Below are positions 44,921 through 57,600 of a DNA stretch of 64,000 nt, one piece after another; position 1 is the stretch's first letter, and every line of letters starts with the position of its first letter. This DNA is from a virus (taxonomy: Duplodnaviria > Heunggongvirae > Uroviricota > Caudoviricetes). Below the pieces are notes generated by a model that saw only the letters and a list, made by a program, of their open reading frames with translations, made no database searches and was not told the origin of the DNA. The position numbers and the translations under genes are program-made. The stretch is from IMG/VR virus record IMGVR_UViG_3300027836_000006; one strand, written 5' to 3'.

Positions 44921-45941
44921 AATAGGCTTCGCATGTAAATGGATTGACAATCCTGGACAAGTTAACGGCATCCACAAAGACGACGATGCTAAACAATACA
45001 ACACCGGCACAACTACTATTAGTTGGTTAAATAGACAGACAAAAGACGTAGCTGAACAACGGCTATGGGACCTAATGGTCCAAAACTTAACCGCTACTAA
45101 AAAACTAGTAGACCGTGTAGGAGAACAAGATGAAAACTTACGAATGGTTCGCCTTAGCAGTGATATCCTTCCTGCTTATACTGAGCCAACATGGAGTTAT
45201 TTCTGGCAACGAGCCGATGTGGTTCAGTATCTCGAACGCAATTTTAGCCTTATTGGTGATAGTGCTCGCAAAAGCGGCACTCGTCTTTCTATGCATCCTG
45301 GCCAGTTTGTTGTTCTTGCTAGTATTAACGAAGGCATTGTTGGGCGAAGTATAGAGGAATTTGAATATCATGCAGACATGGCCCGGTACATGGGATACGG
45401 AAAAACATTCCAAGACTTTAAAATCAATGTACATATATCAGGAAAACAAGGACCCGAAGGAATTCGCAATGCGTATAAGAAACTGTCGAATGAAGCACGT
45501 AATTGCATCACTATCGAAAACGAAGAAAACTCTTGGGGACTAGATGACTGTCTTACTATTAGCGATATCGTTCCTATTGTGCTCGATATTCACCATCATT
45601 GGATTCGTGAAGGGGAGTATATCCTTCCGACAGACAATCGTGTTAAGCGTGTTGTGGATAGTTGGCGTGGTGTGCGCCCTACTATGCATTATTCAGTATC
45701 TCGTGAAGATTATCTCGTGGAGCATGACAAACTTGTCGCACCTGTCCACAACCAACTTCTTCTAGACGGTTATAAGAAACAAAAGCTGAGGGCACACAGC
45801 GACTTTTATTGGAATCAAAAAACAAACGAATGGGCAATAACTTTTCTAAACCAGTTCGACATAATGTGCGAAAGCAAGGGCAAAAACCTCGCCAGCATGG
45901 AACTGTACAATCAAGCCAAAAGCTATCTCGAGAACAACTAA
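44913..45941 (+). CDS. UV-damage endonuclease
   Basis: KIGFACKWID N-terminus and ITIENEENSW...LDIHHHW, a TIM-barrel endonuclease motif of the UvdE type. Confidence 0.7.
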   Translation: MGKIGFACKWIDNPGQVNGIHKDDDAKQYNTGTTTISWLNRQTKDVAEQRLWDLMVQNLTATKKLVDRVGEQDENLRMVRLSSDILPAYTEPTWSYFWQRADVVQYLERNFSLIGDSARKSGTRLSMHPGQFVVLASINEGIVGRSIEEFEYHADMARYMGYGKTFQDFKINVHISGKQGPEGIRNAYKKLSNEARNCITIENEENSWGLDDCLTISDIVPIVLDIHHHWIREGEYILPTDNRVKRVVDSWRGVRPTMHYSVSREDYLVEHDKLVAPVHNQLLLDGYKKQKLRAHSDFYWNQKTNEWAITFLNQFDIMCESKGKNLASMELYNQAKSYLENN

Positions 45942-46060
45942 TACATCGGTTGGAAACTCTTAGAGAAGAGCTAGAAGAAAATCCTAATTTAAATGAAGAC
46001 CGTAAGGTTCGAATTCAAGAGGATATGGCTCGTTACTCTGAGCAACTAAGCAAGTTTTAA
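45809..46060 (+). CDS. possible small coiled-coil protein; overlaps the uvdE 3' end in another frame
   Basis: ORF only; 133-nt overlap with UvdE. Confidence 0.25.
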   Translation: MESKNKRMGNNFSKPVRHNVRKQGQKPRQHGTVQSSQKLSREQLIHRLETLREELEENPNLNEDRKVRIQEDMARYSEQLSKF

Positions 46061-46090
46061 TATAAGGGCACAAGGCCCTTATATTATTTT
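46061..46090. terminator. hairpin terminator between convergent genes
   Basis: 9-bp stem tataagggc/gcccttata with an acaag loop, followed by ttatttt. Confidence 0.55.
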
Positions 46091-46338
46091 GCCGCTTTTG
46101 GAGTACGAGGCTTTTTGGCCGCGGGCTTTTTAGCTGCAACTTTTTTAGCTGGTGCTTTTTTAGCTGGAGCAATAGATTCAACAACTGCTTGCGTAGCTTG
46201 TTCAGCAACAGGTGTTGGACGTTGAGCAAGAGCAATATCTGATGTATCCTCCCATGATTTTGTCTCCACCTTATACGGTACTTCTGAAACTGTTTCTACT
46301 GGTTTGCTACCAAATAGGTTCTTAATAAAATTAATCAT
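46084..46338 (-). CDS. histone-H1-like basic protein with AKKP repeats
   Basis: C-terminal PAKKAPAKKVAAKKPAAKKPRTPKAAK low-complexity basic tail. Confidence 0.5.
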   Translation of the reverse strand: MINFIKNLFGSKPVETVSEVPYKVETKSWEDTSDIALAQRPTPVAEQATQAVVESIAPAKKAPAKKVAAKKPAAKKPRTPKAAK

Positions 46339-46390
46339 GAATGATCTCCTTGTAGATTATTTATAATTAAATATACTACTATATTACATT

Positions 46391-47311
46391 ATGACTGAAA
46401 AACTACCAATTATTACTGTAACTTGCTTGAGAGACCTTGCTTTGCTAGATTTACAAGCTCAAGGTGTAAGCCAATATCTTGATACAGAATGCCCTGTATA
46501 CCTAATAGTAAACGAAGAAAATCCAACGGAATGGAATAATTATTTCAACGAGTATTTGCGCCACTACTACGACAAACATCACTTAACCATATTATACAGA
46601 GCAGATTTTGAAGCAGAATGGAATCAGTGGATTCCTAGTCCAATTAATCCATGGGCAGTTGGATGGGAAACACAACAGATACTAAAACTAGCAATAGCCA
46701 AGATGATTAATAGTGTCGGTTATGTAATACTCGACAGTCAGAATTTTTTAATACGGGCGTGGAATCCAAACTCATACAATATTGAAAATAATCAACTTCC
46801 ATATCGCTCTGGACACTTTACAATGCCTTTAGACATCTGGAAGCAATATAGCGATAGTTTAAAAATTGATGTGCCGCTGCCGACATCAGAATCCATGTCA
46901 ATGTGTACTCCTATCTTTATGCATACTGGATTAGTACAAGGATTATTAGATACACAAAACGGAGTATTGGAATTCAGTAAGTGGTTCAAGTGTGCTAGCA
47001 AAACAAAAAGCGAATTTATTTTGTATGCGCTATGGGCTGAAAAAAACAGCGGCATTAGTAAGTGGCATTATAAAGTTGAAGACTACGCTAATCCTTATCT
47101 GCGTGATAGCAATAACTTTGAAGCAGACTTTGAGTACTTTATAGGATTTATCGGCGAGCATCGACCACACGTATGGGCTAGTGCTAATCATAGAAGCTGG
47201 GGCGATATGACTGACGAACAATATTTAAGATTAAAGACAAAACTATTAGAATATAACTTAGTTCCTCATTTTGACGAATATCGAGCAACATATACAGACA
47301 TTAAAATCTAA
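46391..47311 (+). CDS. hypothetical protein (306 aa)
   Basis: ORF only. Confidence 0.5.
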   Translation: MTEKLPIITVTCLRDLALLDLQAQGVSQYLDTECPVYLIVNEENPTEWNNYFNEYLRHYYDKHHLTILYRADFEAEWNQWIPSPINPWAVGWETQQILKLAIAKMINSVGYVILDSQNFLIRAWNPNSYNIENNQLPYRSGHFTMPLDIWKQYSDSLKIDVPLPTSESMSMCTPIFMHTGLVQGLLDTQNGVLEFSKWFKCASKTKSEFILYALWAEKNSGISKWHYKVEDYANPYLRDSNNFEADFEYFIGFIGEHRPHVWASANHRSWGDMTDEQYLRLKTKLLEYNLVPHFDEYRATYTDIKI

Positions 47312-47312
47312 G

Positions 47313-47415
47313 TGTCAGGCGCCAATTCGCCGGTGAGCTACATTAGCTGTGATGAGAAGAAATAGGGAAAATTCTCAACTTGCGGATCCTTGGATACCCT
47401 ATTGATCGCCTGACA
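47313..47415 (+). other. structured intergenic element closed by a 9-bp long-range inverted repeat
   Basis: tgtcaggcg (47313-21) pairs with cgcctgaca (47407-15). The enclosed ~85 nt include the hairpins agcta-cat-tagct and ataggg...ccctat. A T-run follows. Confidence 0.4.
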
Positions 47416-47440
47416 TTTTATTTACACTAAATATTAGACT

Positions 47441-47998
47441 ATGTATAATTTTATCAAATGGACCTTAAACGAAGGCAAAACAACTAAGACATTAGAACAG
47501 ACTCCGCTGCCTTATGGAAGAACCGAGCTTGGACGTAGTTTAAGTAAGCAATCTCTAGATTATCATTATGGTAAGTTATACAAGGCGTATGTAGATCGCT
47601 ATAATGCCAGTGAAGGAGATACTGACTTCAACGAGGCGGGTGCGTTTTTACATGATTTATTGTTTACGCAATACCAAGCACCTACAGGTTCTAACAAACC
47701 CTCTGGAACATCTGCTGAATTTATAACAAAACATTTTAAAGATTTTGACAAATTCAAAAAAGAATTTGAAAAAACAGCAATGGGTATACAAGGTAGTGGA
47801 TGGGTTTATCTAGCTCGAGATGGTAAAATTAAAACTATTGTAAACCACGAAATTAAAATGGATGTTGTATTAATAATCGACTGGTGGGAACACGCATGGG
47901 TCTTGGACTATCAAGCTGACAAGAAAAGTTACCTTAATAACCAGTGGAAGATTATCAACTGGAACGTTATTAGTTCTCGAATTGGTCTATCGTCTTAA
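47441..47998 (+). CDS. Fe/Mn superoxide dismutase family protein
   Basis: Hand alignment to MnSOD places PLPY near the N-terminus. LDYHYGKLYKAYV compares with EIHHTKHHQTYV. FLHD carries the second His. DWWEHAWVLDY compares with DVWEHAYYL. The four metal ligands appear conserved. Confidence 0.6.
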   Translation: MYNFIKWTLNEGKTTKTLEQTPLPYGRTELGRSLSKQSLDYHYGKLYKAYVDRYNASEGDTDFNEAGAFLHDLLFTQYQAPTGSNKPSGTSAEFITKHFKDFDKFKKEFEKTAMGIQGSGWVYLARDGKIKTIVNHEIKMDVVLIIDWWEHAWVLDYQADKKSYLNNQWKIINWNVISSRIGLSS

Positions 47999-48266
47999 GA
48001 CTGCTTACAGGCATATCCCAAACCTTACGTGATTCAACTCCCTTTTCCTGGGCAAATCTTTTAGCATCACAGTCGCCACATACATGGTAGTAATTATTGT
48101 TTAACCTCTTAGGATCCATGTTACCTTTTTCACGGTTAAACACTCCTTGGCAACAGTCGCAACGAAACACAACCACAGTTTTCTTTCGGTTATATACATG
48201 CATTGTACCGTATTTGCTTTTACGATAATGCTGGGTTTGTCTAAATTCTGTTCCTAAGTACATCAT
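47970..48266 (-). CDS. hypothetical zinc-ribbon protein
   Basis: Cys cluster CDCC...CGDC. Convergent with sod, overlapping it by 29 nt. Confidence 0.4.
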   Translation of the reverse strand: MMYLGTEFRQTQHYRKSKYGTMHVYNRKKTVVVFRCDCCQGVFNREKGNMDPKRLNNNYYHVCGDCDAKRFAQEKGVESRKVWDMPVSSLKTIDQFEN

Positions 48267-48330
48267 GTATTTACTAGTTTACATTAAGGTTATAAAATGT
48301 CTTTGATAAATATCATATCGAGGGCACAAC

Positions 48331-48654
48331 GTGATCACAATTTCAGAATCAGCAAAGACAAAAATCAAAGATTTACTCTATGAAGAGGGTAATCCTAACC
48401 TAGCATTACGTACATTTGTTCAAGGCGGCGGCTGTAGTGGATTTAGCTATGGTTTCACGTTTGACGAAATAATGAACGAAGACGATTTTGAAATACCCTT
48501 AGACGAATTTAAAGTGCTTGTAGATGCGATGAGTATGACATATCTACAAGGGGCAGAAATAGACTACAAGGAAGAGATCATGGGATCTTCTTTTACAATC
48601 AAAAACCCAAACGCAAGTACAACTTGCGGTTGCGGATCAAGTTTCGGAGTATAA
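48331..48654 (+). CDS. IscA/ErpA/HesB-family Fe-S cluster insertion protein
   Basis: GGGCSGFSY and a C-terminal TCGCGSSF motif. Typical 107-aa A-type carrier. Confidence 0.8.
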   Translation: MITISESAKTKIKDLLYEEGNPNLALRTFVQGGGCSGFSYGFTFDEIMNEDDFEIPLDEFKVLVDAMSMTYLQGAEIDYKEEIMGSSFTIKNPNASTTCGCGSSFGV

Positions 48655-48659
48655 TATAA

Positions 48660-51600
48660 ATGGCAAAGCAAATAATCGATATCGGCGTACAAGGTAATGA
48701 CGGAACTGGTGACAGTATCCGCGAATCGTTCCGTAAAGTAAATGATAATTTTACAGAGATGTATGCTGTATTTGGCGTAGATGGAGCAATTAACTTTACT
48801 AATCTAAGTGATGCTCCAGCTAGTTACGGTGCTGATCAATTAATCATTGCTAACAATGCCGGTAACGGATTAACTGCAAGAACTATTATTGGTGAAGGAG
48901 CATTATCCGTTGACCTTACCGATGAAACAGAAATTCGACTAACTGTTGATACTGTTGGACTAGCGTCAGACAACGCACCAAGTTTAGCTAATAGTTTAAA
49001 TGCTAACGGATTGTCAATTTTCAATTTAGCTGAACCCACTATTGAACGTGCTGGGTTTATTAGAGAGGACAATCCAACTCTTGGAACTGCTGAAGATGTA
49101 TTTGGCAAAATGGTTATCAATAAAAATTATGCCGATAATCATTATTTACAAGTTGATCAAGGCCAAGTTAGCACAGTTTTACGTGTTCGCGACGAACCAA
49201 ACTTTCCAAATTTTGAAGATCCAGAGTACGATCCAACCCTAACTGGTAACTATAGTTCAACCGAAGCTGTACAACGTAAATTTATTGTAAGCCGCAAAGG
49301 CGATACAATGACTGGGCCGTTAACTCTTAGTGATCACCCAACTCCATTAAGCGGATACGGTACTCCAAACGGAGCCGATGATTTACAAGCCGCTACTAAA
49401 TTCTATGTTGATAATCAGATTTTCTCAAGTGCGGTAAACTTATTTGTTTCACAAGCAACAGGCGATGATCTGCAACAAAATACTCCTATTGGAAAAGAAG
49501 GACGTTTTTGGCAATATGCTTACAAGACTATCGGTGCTGCAGCACTAGCCGCTGAAAACTTAATTGCTCTTGCTAATCAAGAACCTGGACCTTATCGTCA
49601 GAAATTAAGTTACACCGTTGGACCCGATCAAACATTTAGTACAATTCTCAGTGCTCCAGTTTTACAAGATGGTAACACTAATGTCGAAGGATATCAAGAA
49701 GCGTTTGACTTACTACAGATAAACAAAGCATTTATTCAAGCTGAAACTATTGCTTATATCAACAACAAATATGTTAACTCATTTACATACGATCGAGTAA
49801 AGTATCAGACTAACATTGAAAATATTTTAAATGCTGTTGGGGACGATATTGTTTTAGATACAACTTTTAATAGTAATCGTGTAGCTGGTCTTTATTTTGA
49901 CGGAACTAACGAACTAATATTAGGAACACAATTAAGTCAAACTATTGAATCTATCAAATATGCTCGTGACTTAGTGCTTAATTTTTCATACGACGATACA
50001 GCATTAAGTTCTTACATGGGTAAAGTTATTGATGCGCTTAGTTACGACCTAGTTCTTCAATCTAACTATCAGTCTATTCAAGCTGGAATATACTTTAGCT
50101 CGGCTGGAACAAGTCTTAGTGTTCCACAAATAGTTGAGATATTAATTGATTTAAAAGATAAAATTGTTGGTAGAACAACTCCGCTACCTGCTGTAGCAGG
50201 CATAACATCAGTTAAAACAATTGGTGTTGCAAAAGCATCTATCGAATCTAACATTCTTAATATTATTAATATTATTAGCGGTAACGGATTACCTGAGGTT
50301 GTATTTTCTAGCCAACCTGATACAACCACTGGCAAAGCAAGCGCCAGAGATTTATTGCTAAACAATATTTTATTTTTACAAGCAGAAACTGTAGCATTTT
50401 TAGGATCTGAATATCCAAATCTAGCATACAATCGTACTGACTACAAACGAAATATTAAGTATATTGTATGGAGTTTAATTTATGACTTCATGTACAGCGG
50501 TAATAGTCAAAGCGTATACATTGGATCGACATATTGGAATAATGCTGTTCGACAAATACAAGAATATGAGGTAGTACCATTTACTTCAGTATTAACTTAC
50601 ATTGATACATTAATGGGAGATATTGTTCGAAGTGATAGTCCAGCAACTATCTATCAGCAGAGCGTAAAGCAATATCGTAATGAAACATTACTAAATGGTG
50701 GCGACGTAGAAGCCACTATAACTACTAATATTGGTTATATTAAAAATATCATTCAAAACCAATCAAGTGCCCCTACAGTTGTTCAACCATCATTTTCGTC
50801 AGCATCATCATTCTTAAAAACTGCTCGAAGCGATATTCAACTAGAAAAGTCAGGATTCCAGGACGACTCTATTACCTATGTTGAAGACAATTTTCCTGTT
50901 ATTAATGATACTGGAATATTAACATCAATTAGTAACAAATTTCAAGTTGTAATTGACTTACTAACGTTTGATATTAATAGTAGAACTAATACTATAATCA
51001 ACGAGCCGGCTGGCACTAGTGCGGCTTACATTGACACTAAAGATTTAGCACTGTTAAACGTTAATTATATTGCTGAAGAAACTGCCGCGTGGTTGGCTAC
51101 GGCCGAACCTACCTATACATTCGATGCTGAAATACTTAAACAACATGTAATCGATTGTGTTGAAGCATCATTATACGATTTGATTTACGGCGGTAATAGC
51201 GCATCTTTGCGAAAAGGAACACATTTATTTACAAATAGCGAACTTGGTTACAACACTGGAGATGCTGAATTTATCAGTGCTCTATTATTTGCTTCAGAAC
51301 TATTAACAAACGATGTTATTCAAAACTTAGCAGGTTCAGCATTTTCAAGCGAACCGCAATTTATTGACGGAGTTGCTTATCCGGCAGCAGGTACTAGCGG
51401 TGTTAGTACATTATTATCTAACTCGTTTACAAACATTACAGAAATTGCCGTTGGCAATGAAGGCCCAGCAGTATTAGTTCCAGTACTAACTGGATACAAT
51501 TCTAGTTTAAGAACTGCAAGAACAATTATTAATCTTAATGCGGCCGGCGGTGGTGGCATTAATATAGCCCAACTAACAACCGATTGGTTGGATGCCAATT

Positions 51601-54600
51601 ATCAAGGCGGCTTTAACTATGATGAAGCTCTTTGCTATCGTGATATTGGATTGATCATCGATGCCATGTCTATCGATATTCTTACCGGCGGTACATATCA
51701 AACTATTGGTGCCGGTAAGAGCTATTATAGAAATGCCAGTGCCAGAGCTGTTGCCATTGGAACACAATTAACAGAAACACTCGATGCTATTATATTTGCT
51801 AGAGACCTAGCAGTTCAATCATTAGAACAAACAACTGCTAGTCGTTATCAAACATTAGTACAACAAGATTTTAACGAAGGAATTACAGCTAGTCCGTTAG
51901 CTGTTCAAGATTTGTTAACCAACATGAACACTATTGTATCTATTATACAAGGCGGTGTTGGTGTTGCTCCTACTCCAACATTTGGTACAGGTATTTGGAA
52001 TATCTATATTGATAACGGCGGTAACGGGTTTGTTGACCAAGGAGCAACTGGTAACAACGATATTATTCCAGCCAAGGTATTAGTCGGTGTTAATTCTGCT
52101 GCCTACGGTACGATTGTAAAATATATACCAGGGGCAACTATTGGCTCTGATATTATTCAAGTTCGATTGACCAAACCTGGATTTTTTGCTATTGGCGAAC
52201 AAATTGAATTTGGAGAAACTGTTCGAGATGTAAACATTGTTATACAAGTTGAAGCTGGTATTTACTATGAAGATTATCCGATACGTGTGTCGGCAAACGT
52301 TTCCGTTCGCGGAGATGAATTCCGTAGAACTATAGTGCGTCCACGTGACAGGGTTAGTCAAAGTCCGTGGCGTAAAATATTCTTCTATCGTGATTCTGTT
52401 ATAGATGCGTTAGAATTAGGTCCTATTGGCTACAATTTAGATTTTGCATCTAATAGCACAATTAATTTAGGCGGAACTACTAATAAGATTGTAATAACAC
52501 TTAGCACAGGTCAAGTACCGGCAGCGTGGGTTGGCAAAATACTTATGGACGATTTTGGTTCTGTAGAAGCCACTACCACTACAGCATCTAATAATCGAAT
52601 AACAACAGATACTCTACACGGTTTTAGTGTTGGTAATCCTGTTATTTTCCGGGGAACAACATTTGGTAATATAAATCCTGGACAGGTTTATTATGTTCTA
52701 ACTACGCCAACTACATCTTCATTTACATTATCTACTAAGAAAAATTCTACTACTGTAGTTACATTAGCCGATGATTCTGGTAGTGTATTAGTCATGCGTT
52801 CTGATCGCAGAGGTAAAGCAGTTGTTGACAGTGTGTCCGGTAACTTTATGAATTGTAGTGTTATCTATCCTTTCAATGAAGCTGGAAATCTTGTTGCTGG
52901 TGAGTGGCATTTATATGACCCAACTAACTATGGTAGACATTACTTAACAAACCCATTAGATGTCACTGCAGAAGCAAAGAATAATAAAGAAATTGATGTT
53001 TTTATAACTAACGATGCTGTTCGTATTAGTAACCTAACTATGCAAGGACATGGCGGTTTTGCCATGGTACTTGACCCAGAAGGTCAAATTAAAACAAAAT
53101 CCCCTTACGGACAAGTTTGTACATCGTTCTCTCAATCAATTAACCGCAAACGTTTTGCCGGTGGACAATTTGTTGACGGATTTACTGGACGCTTACGCGG
53201 TACAATTACTGCTATCGAATATGACGGCATTGAAAACTTTGACTTAACTAATATCACTTTTGGAAGTGGTTATGCTCCAATAGCTAACAGCTATACATAC
53301 ACCAATGTTCCTGTCCAAGGATTAACTGCCACTGCTTCGGGTACAAATGCTACAGGTGATTGGATTCGTTTAAATACCACTACTAATTTTACAGTTGGCA
53401 GTGCTATTAGATTTACTGGAACTGCATTTGGTAATTTAGAATCAGGTACATTATTTTATATTGCTGAAATTGATACTCTTAATAACGATATTAAGATTAG
53501 TAGAACCCAAGGCGGCGATTTTCTAGAATTAACTACTGCCAGCGGATCAATGTCTGTAGTAACAGGCGGCCTCGGCGCAACTGCTGATATCACAGTTATT
53601 AACGGTATTGTAACAAACGTTATACGCAATACTACTGGCGAATATTATAAAACAGGCGAGTATATCACTGTTAACGCAAGCGACTTGACTATAGATTTTA
53701 CTGGAGATACTACAAGCGGTAATGCTGTTATTAGCAATGTTAGTAGTTTATCTGGATTAACTATCGGTGATCAAGTTAGCGGAACAGGAATTCCTGTTGG
53801 CTCAACAATTACGTTTATTAATGAAACTGCGTCTAGTATTACTATTAACAATACTGCAACAGCAACTGGTGCTGCAGTATCCTTAGTCTACGGCGGTACT
53901 GGAAGCGGTTTTAAAATACCAATTTTTGGTGTTAACGGTAAAGGTCAAATTGTTACTGTTGTTGGTGAAGTTAACAGCGGACTAGATGTTCGTCCGCCAG
54001 AACCACCATGCGCATTCTTTGTGGAAGGCGGACGTTATCAAATTAATGATATTGTAAGTTTTAATGCATCGACTGCTACAGTAGTTTTAAAATTAGATTC
54101 AGCAACACCATATAATGCCGCTGGCGCATATGATAACCAAATATGTTCTCGAGATGTTGGATATATTTTAGATGCGGTCAGTTACGACTTAGTCCTTGGT
54201 TCAAATTATCAAGCAACCAAAGCAGGTATTTCCTACACTAGAGGAACTGCTAGTGTAGTGCTTACCAGTCAAAAGGGCCAAACATTAGCTGGCTTAAACA
54301 AAGCAAGAGATTTAGCTCTTGGTGCGTTGACCGATGTTGGAGCTGAAGCTAGTCTTGCAAATAGCATGGCTACTATTAACATTATTGTTGAGCAAGGCGT
54401 AACTGCAGCTCCAACTTTAGTGTATCCTTCAAGTACATCAACTTCCACTGAAGCTGAAAATTTACGTGATAATTTAATTGCTAACAGATTATTCTTAACT
54501 AGCGAAATCGTTTCATTCATTGCTTCAACATATAATTTAAAAAATTATCCATCATACAACGCAGTTAAGGCGGCACGTGATACTGGTTATGTAGTCGACG

Positions 54601-57600
54601 CTATGATATACGATATTGTATACGGCGGCAACTCTATGACGTATGATGAAGCATTATCATATTATAGTTTTGGAATTAGTTATCTTACGCTTGGTATAGC
54701 TCCGGTGTATGTTGCTGCCATGGAACGATTAAAAGTCGTTGCTAGACAAGTTGCGTTAGGAACTACAGTAACTAAATCTGCTGGTAATAATATTGCTCAA
54801 GAAATTGACGCAGGATTAAACATTCTTAATACTGATCCTGAATATACACAGATCGGAACATTAATCGATATTGTTAAAGACTACATGCTCGACGGTGACT
54901 TTGATGTAGGCACGTCAAGAACTACTCCTACAATATCTGGAGAAAACGCAACACTATTAGCAGAACGACTAGTAATCCAAGGCGCTAAATCAACGATTCA
55001 AACTAGCGTTGTGAGTTATCTAAATGACGGCGGCGGTTTAAGAATTAATATTGAAATGGGCGGTAACAAGTCCATGCTAGCCAATGACTTTGCTATGATT
55101 AACGACTTAGGTTATGCTATTGTTTGTACCAACGGCGGCGTGTCAGAACAAGTTTCAACATTTACATACTACTGTCATACTCACTACTGGGCTAACAACG
55201 GTGGACAGATTCGTTCGGTAGCTGGTTCAAACGCTCACGGTACATACGGTCTACGTGCTACAGGATTTGACGTAACTGAAAAACCAGACGCAGTTAACCT
55301 TGCTTACGATATGGTGCAAGTTGCTCGTGTTTACAAGTCGGGCCAGTTTGCTAGTGATATGACTCCTACTATAAACAAACAAGCATTGAGCGTGTTTATT
55401 TACGGTTATAGTTACATTCCGACTAACACTACCGAATTAGAAATTGATCATGGTATTGCTGGTGGTGGTATTACAAGATACGAAGTTAGTAGCGTTGAAC
55501 ATACAGTAGTTACTATCGGCGGACAAAATATTCTTAAATTGAATTTAAGTTCAGCAGGTAATAATGGAACATCGTCAGTTGGTCTAGCAAATGCGTTGTA
55601 TGACGGCCAAATGGTAACTCTTCGCGCTTTACAAAACATCAAGTTCAATAATATTGCTAACGTTAACCCAACTCGTCCATCAACTGCGTTACAATATACT
55701 GACAACTTGGCAGACATTTATCGTGTCCTTGCTTACAACTTAAACGAAGCCACTGGCGAATTATTGCCAAATAATGTTTCAATACTAGGTAGTGATGCTT
55801 CGTTTAACTATTATAAATTTGTTACAGATTTAAATAACATTACTTCTCTTGATTACGACGAAGCATTAGATGTTACTGGTGTAAGTGGTAGTGGTTCAAC
55901 CGTTACTGTTACATTTGCTACGCAAGAATCTGCTCCGTATGCGGTTGGAGATTTTATTACCTTACAAAATGTAGTAAACACCGGGCCTGTTACTACTTTG
56001 TATAACGGTGCGTATCGAGTTACAAATTGTACAACCACTCAGGTACAGTTTGCTAGTACACAAACTGCAACTTATGAATCAGGCGGCTTAGTTGGAACTA
56101 AAACACAAGGTTCGAGAGTCGGCGATAATAAAATAGCTGTACTTGAAATTAGTCAAGCAACAACAATTAACCAAATTAATAAAGGCACCTATGTTACTGG
56201 ATGGCACGGACGTACTCATTTAGTAACTAGTTACACTGTTCCATTCAAAATTGCTCAAGGTAACGCATTTGCTTGGACTAGCGGAACTAAAACATTAACT
56301 CTTAATGCTGTGTCTGGAACTATTGAAGTAGGCGATATTATAACAGGAACCGGTTTCCCAACAGACGGAAGTGTTACTGTTGAAAGTGTTACTAGTGCTA
56401 GTATATTGTCTACAATTTATTACTATGTAGTAACAAATATTACTACAGGAATTACTGTACCGTCTGGTACTATTGTGTTTGGCACTGACAGAAATGGTTG
56501 GTTAAACATTGCTTCAAACAGTATTAGTAATATTGTCGGTGATGGAACTGAGATTCCTGCGTTGTCATACGTAAGCAAAGTTGTTCCAGAAGAAGGATAT
56601 ACATTAGTTACATACAATGTAGCATGGACTCCTGAAACTCTTCCAATTTCTGATAACTGGTACAAACTTGCCGGGCAATCAAATTTAAATTATAACTACT
56701 GGCGTCAAGTATCAAATGTTGTTAGCGAAACTTTAGTTTCAGTGTCGGATGTTACTGGATTAAATTCTGGTATGATTGTAACTGCTGTCGGAACACCAAC
56801 TGCTTACATTCCGGCAAATGCTATTATTCAAAATGTTGATGCTACAACAAATACATTTACAGTTAGTCCAGCATGTTGGGTTCCGGTAGGTACTGTTGTA
56901 AGTTCAACAGTTGTTGCTACCGTAGCAAGTATTACCATTACTAATGGCGGAACTAATTACACTACACCGCCAGTTATTACAATAGGTGGCACACCAGGCG
57001 CAACAGCGAATGATCCGTTCGTAGCACAAAACGGTGAGACTGCTCAAGCATTTGCAACTTGTACAATTGCAGGCGGAAGTATTGATACTGTTACATTAGT
57101 AAGTCCAGGATACGGATTCACTAGTGTTCCAACAATTTATCTAAGTGCAGGCGATGCTGTACTAACAGTTGTATTAACTGCTACTGCTACTGTTAATACT
57201 ACTGCCCAAGCTGGTATTTCGAGAAATCAAATTACAGTGGCATACGACAGCAACCCTGGTACATTTAACGTAGACGACGTAGCAGTAATAACTGGTGCTA
57301 TTGCCGATACTGTGGGAGGCACCCTTGCTGGTACTGTATTAAATGTACTAACAGTTACTTCTGGTACACTAAGAGTTGGTATGCGAATCATAGGAACCGG
57401 AATTACTGCGGGAACTTATATTTCAGCATTAGGTACAGGTACAGGTGGCACAGGTACATATACTATTAACAACAGTCAACTTATAACGTCTCGAACATTA
57501 ACTGCTAGAGTTGTGGCAACTGGGTTTACTAGTAAAGTCGGGCCAGCTGTATTTCAAGGTAGCATTGCTTCCACAACATTAACAGTATCAAGTGTTACAT

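Noticed and set aside
45130-45765. Several 60-98-aa ORFs inside and antisense to uvdE
   Set aside because: Internal to a confidently recognised UvdE frame.
47345-47362. gctgtgatgagaagaaa resembles the hammerhead CUGAUGA...GAAA core
   Set aside because: There is an extra TG relative to the CUGANGA consensus, and I could not place helices I to III or a cleavage-site UH in register. Insufficient for a ribozyme call.
47421-47449. TTTACA-N17-TATAAT match whose -10 box lies inside the first codons of the SOD ORF
   Set aside because: No in-frame start codon downstream of the predicted start site, and the N-terminal extension is only ~19 aa. More likely an AT-rich coincidence, or the gene is read from an upstream promoter. 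Kept out of features.
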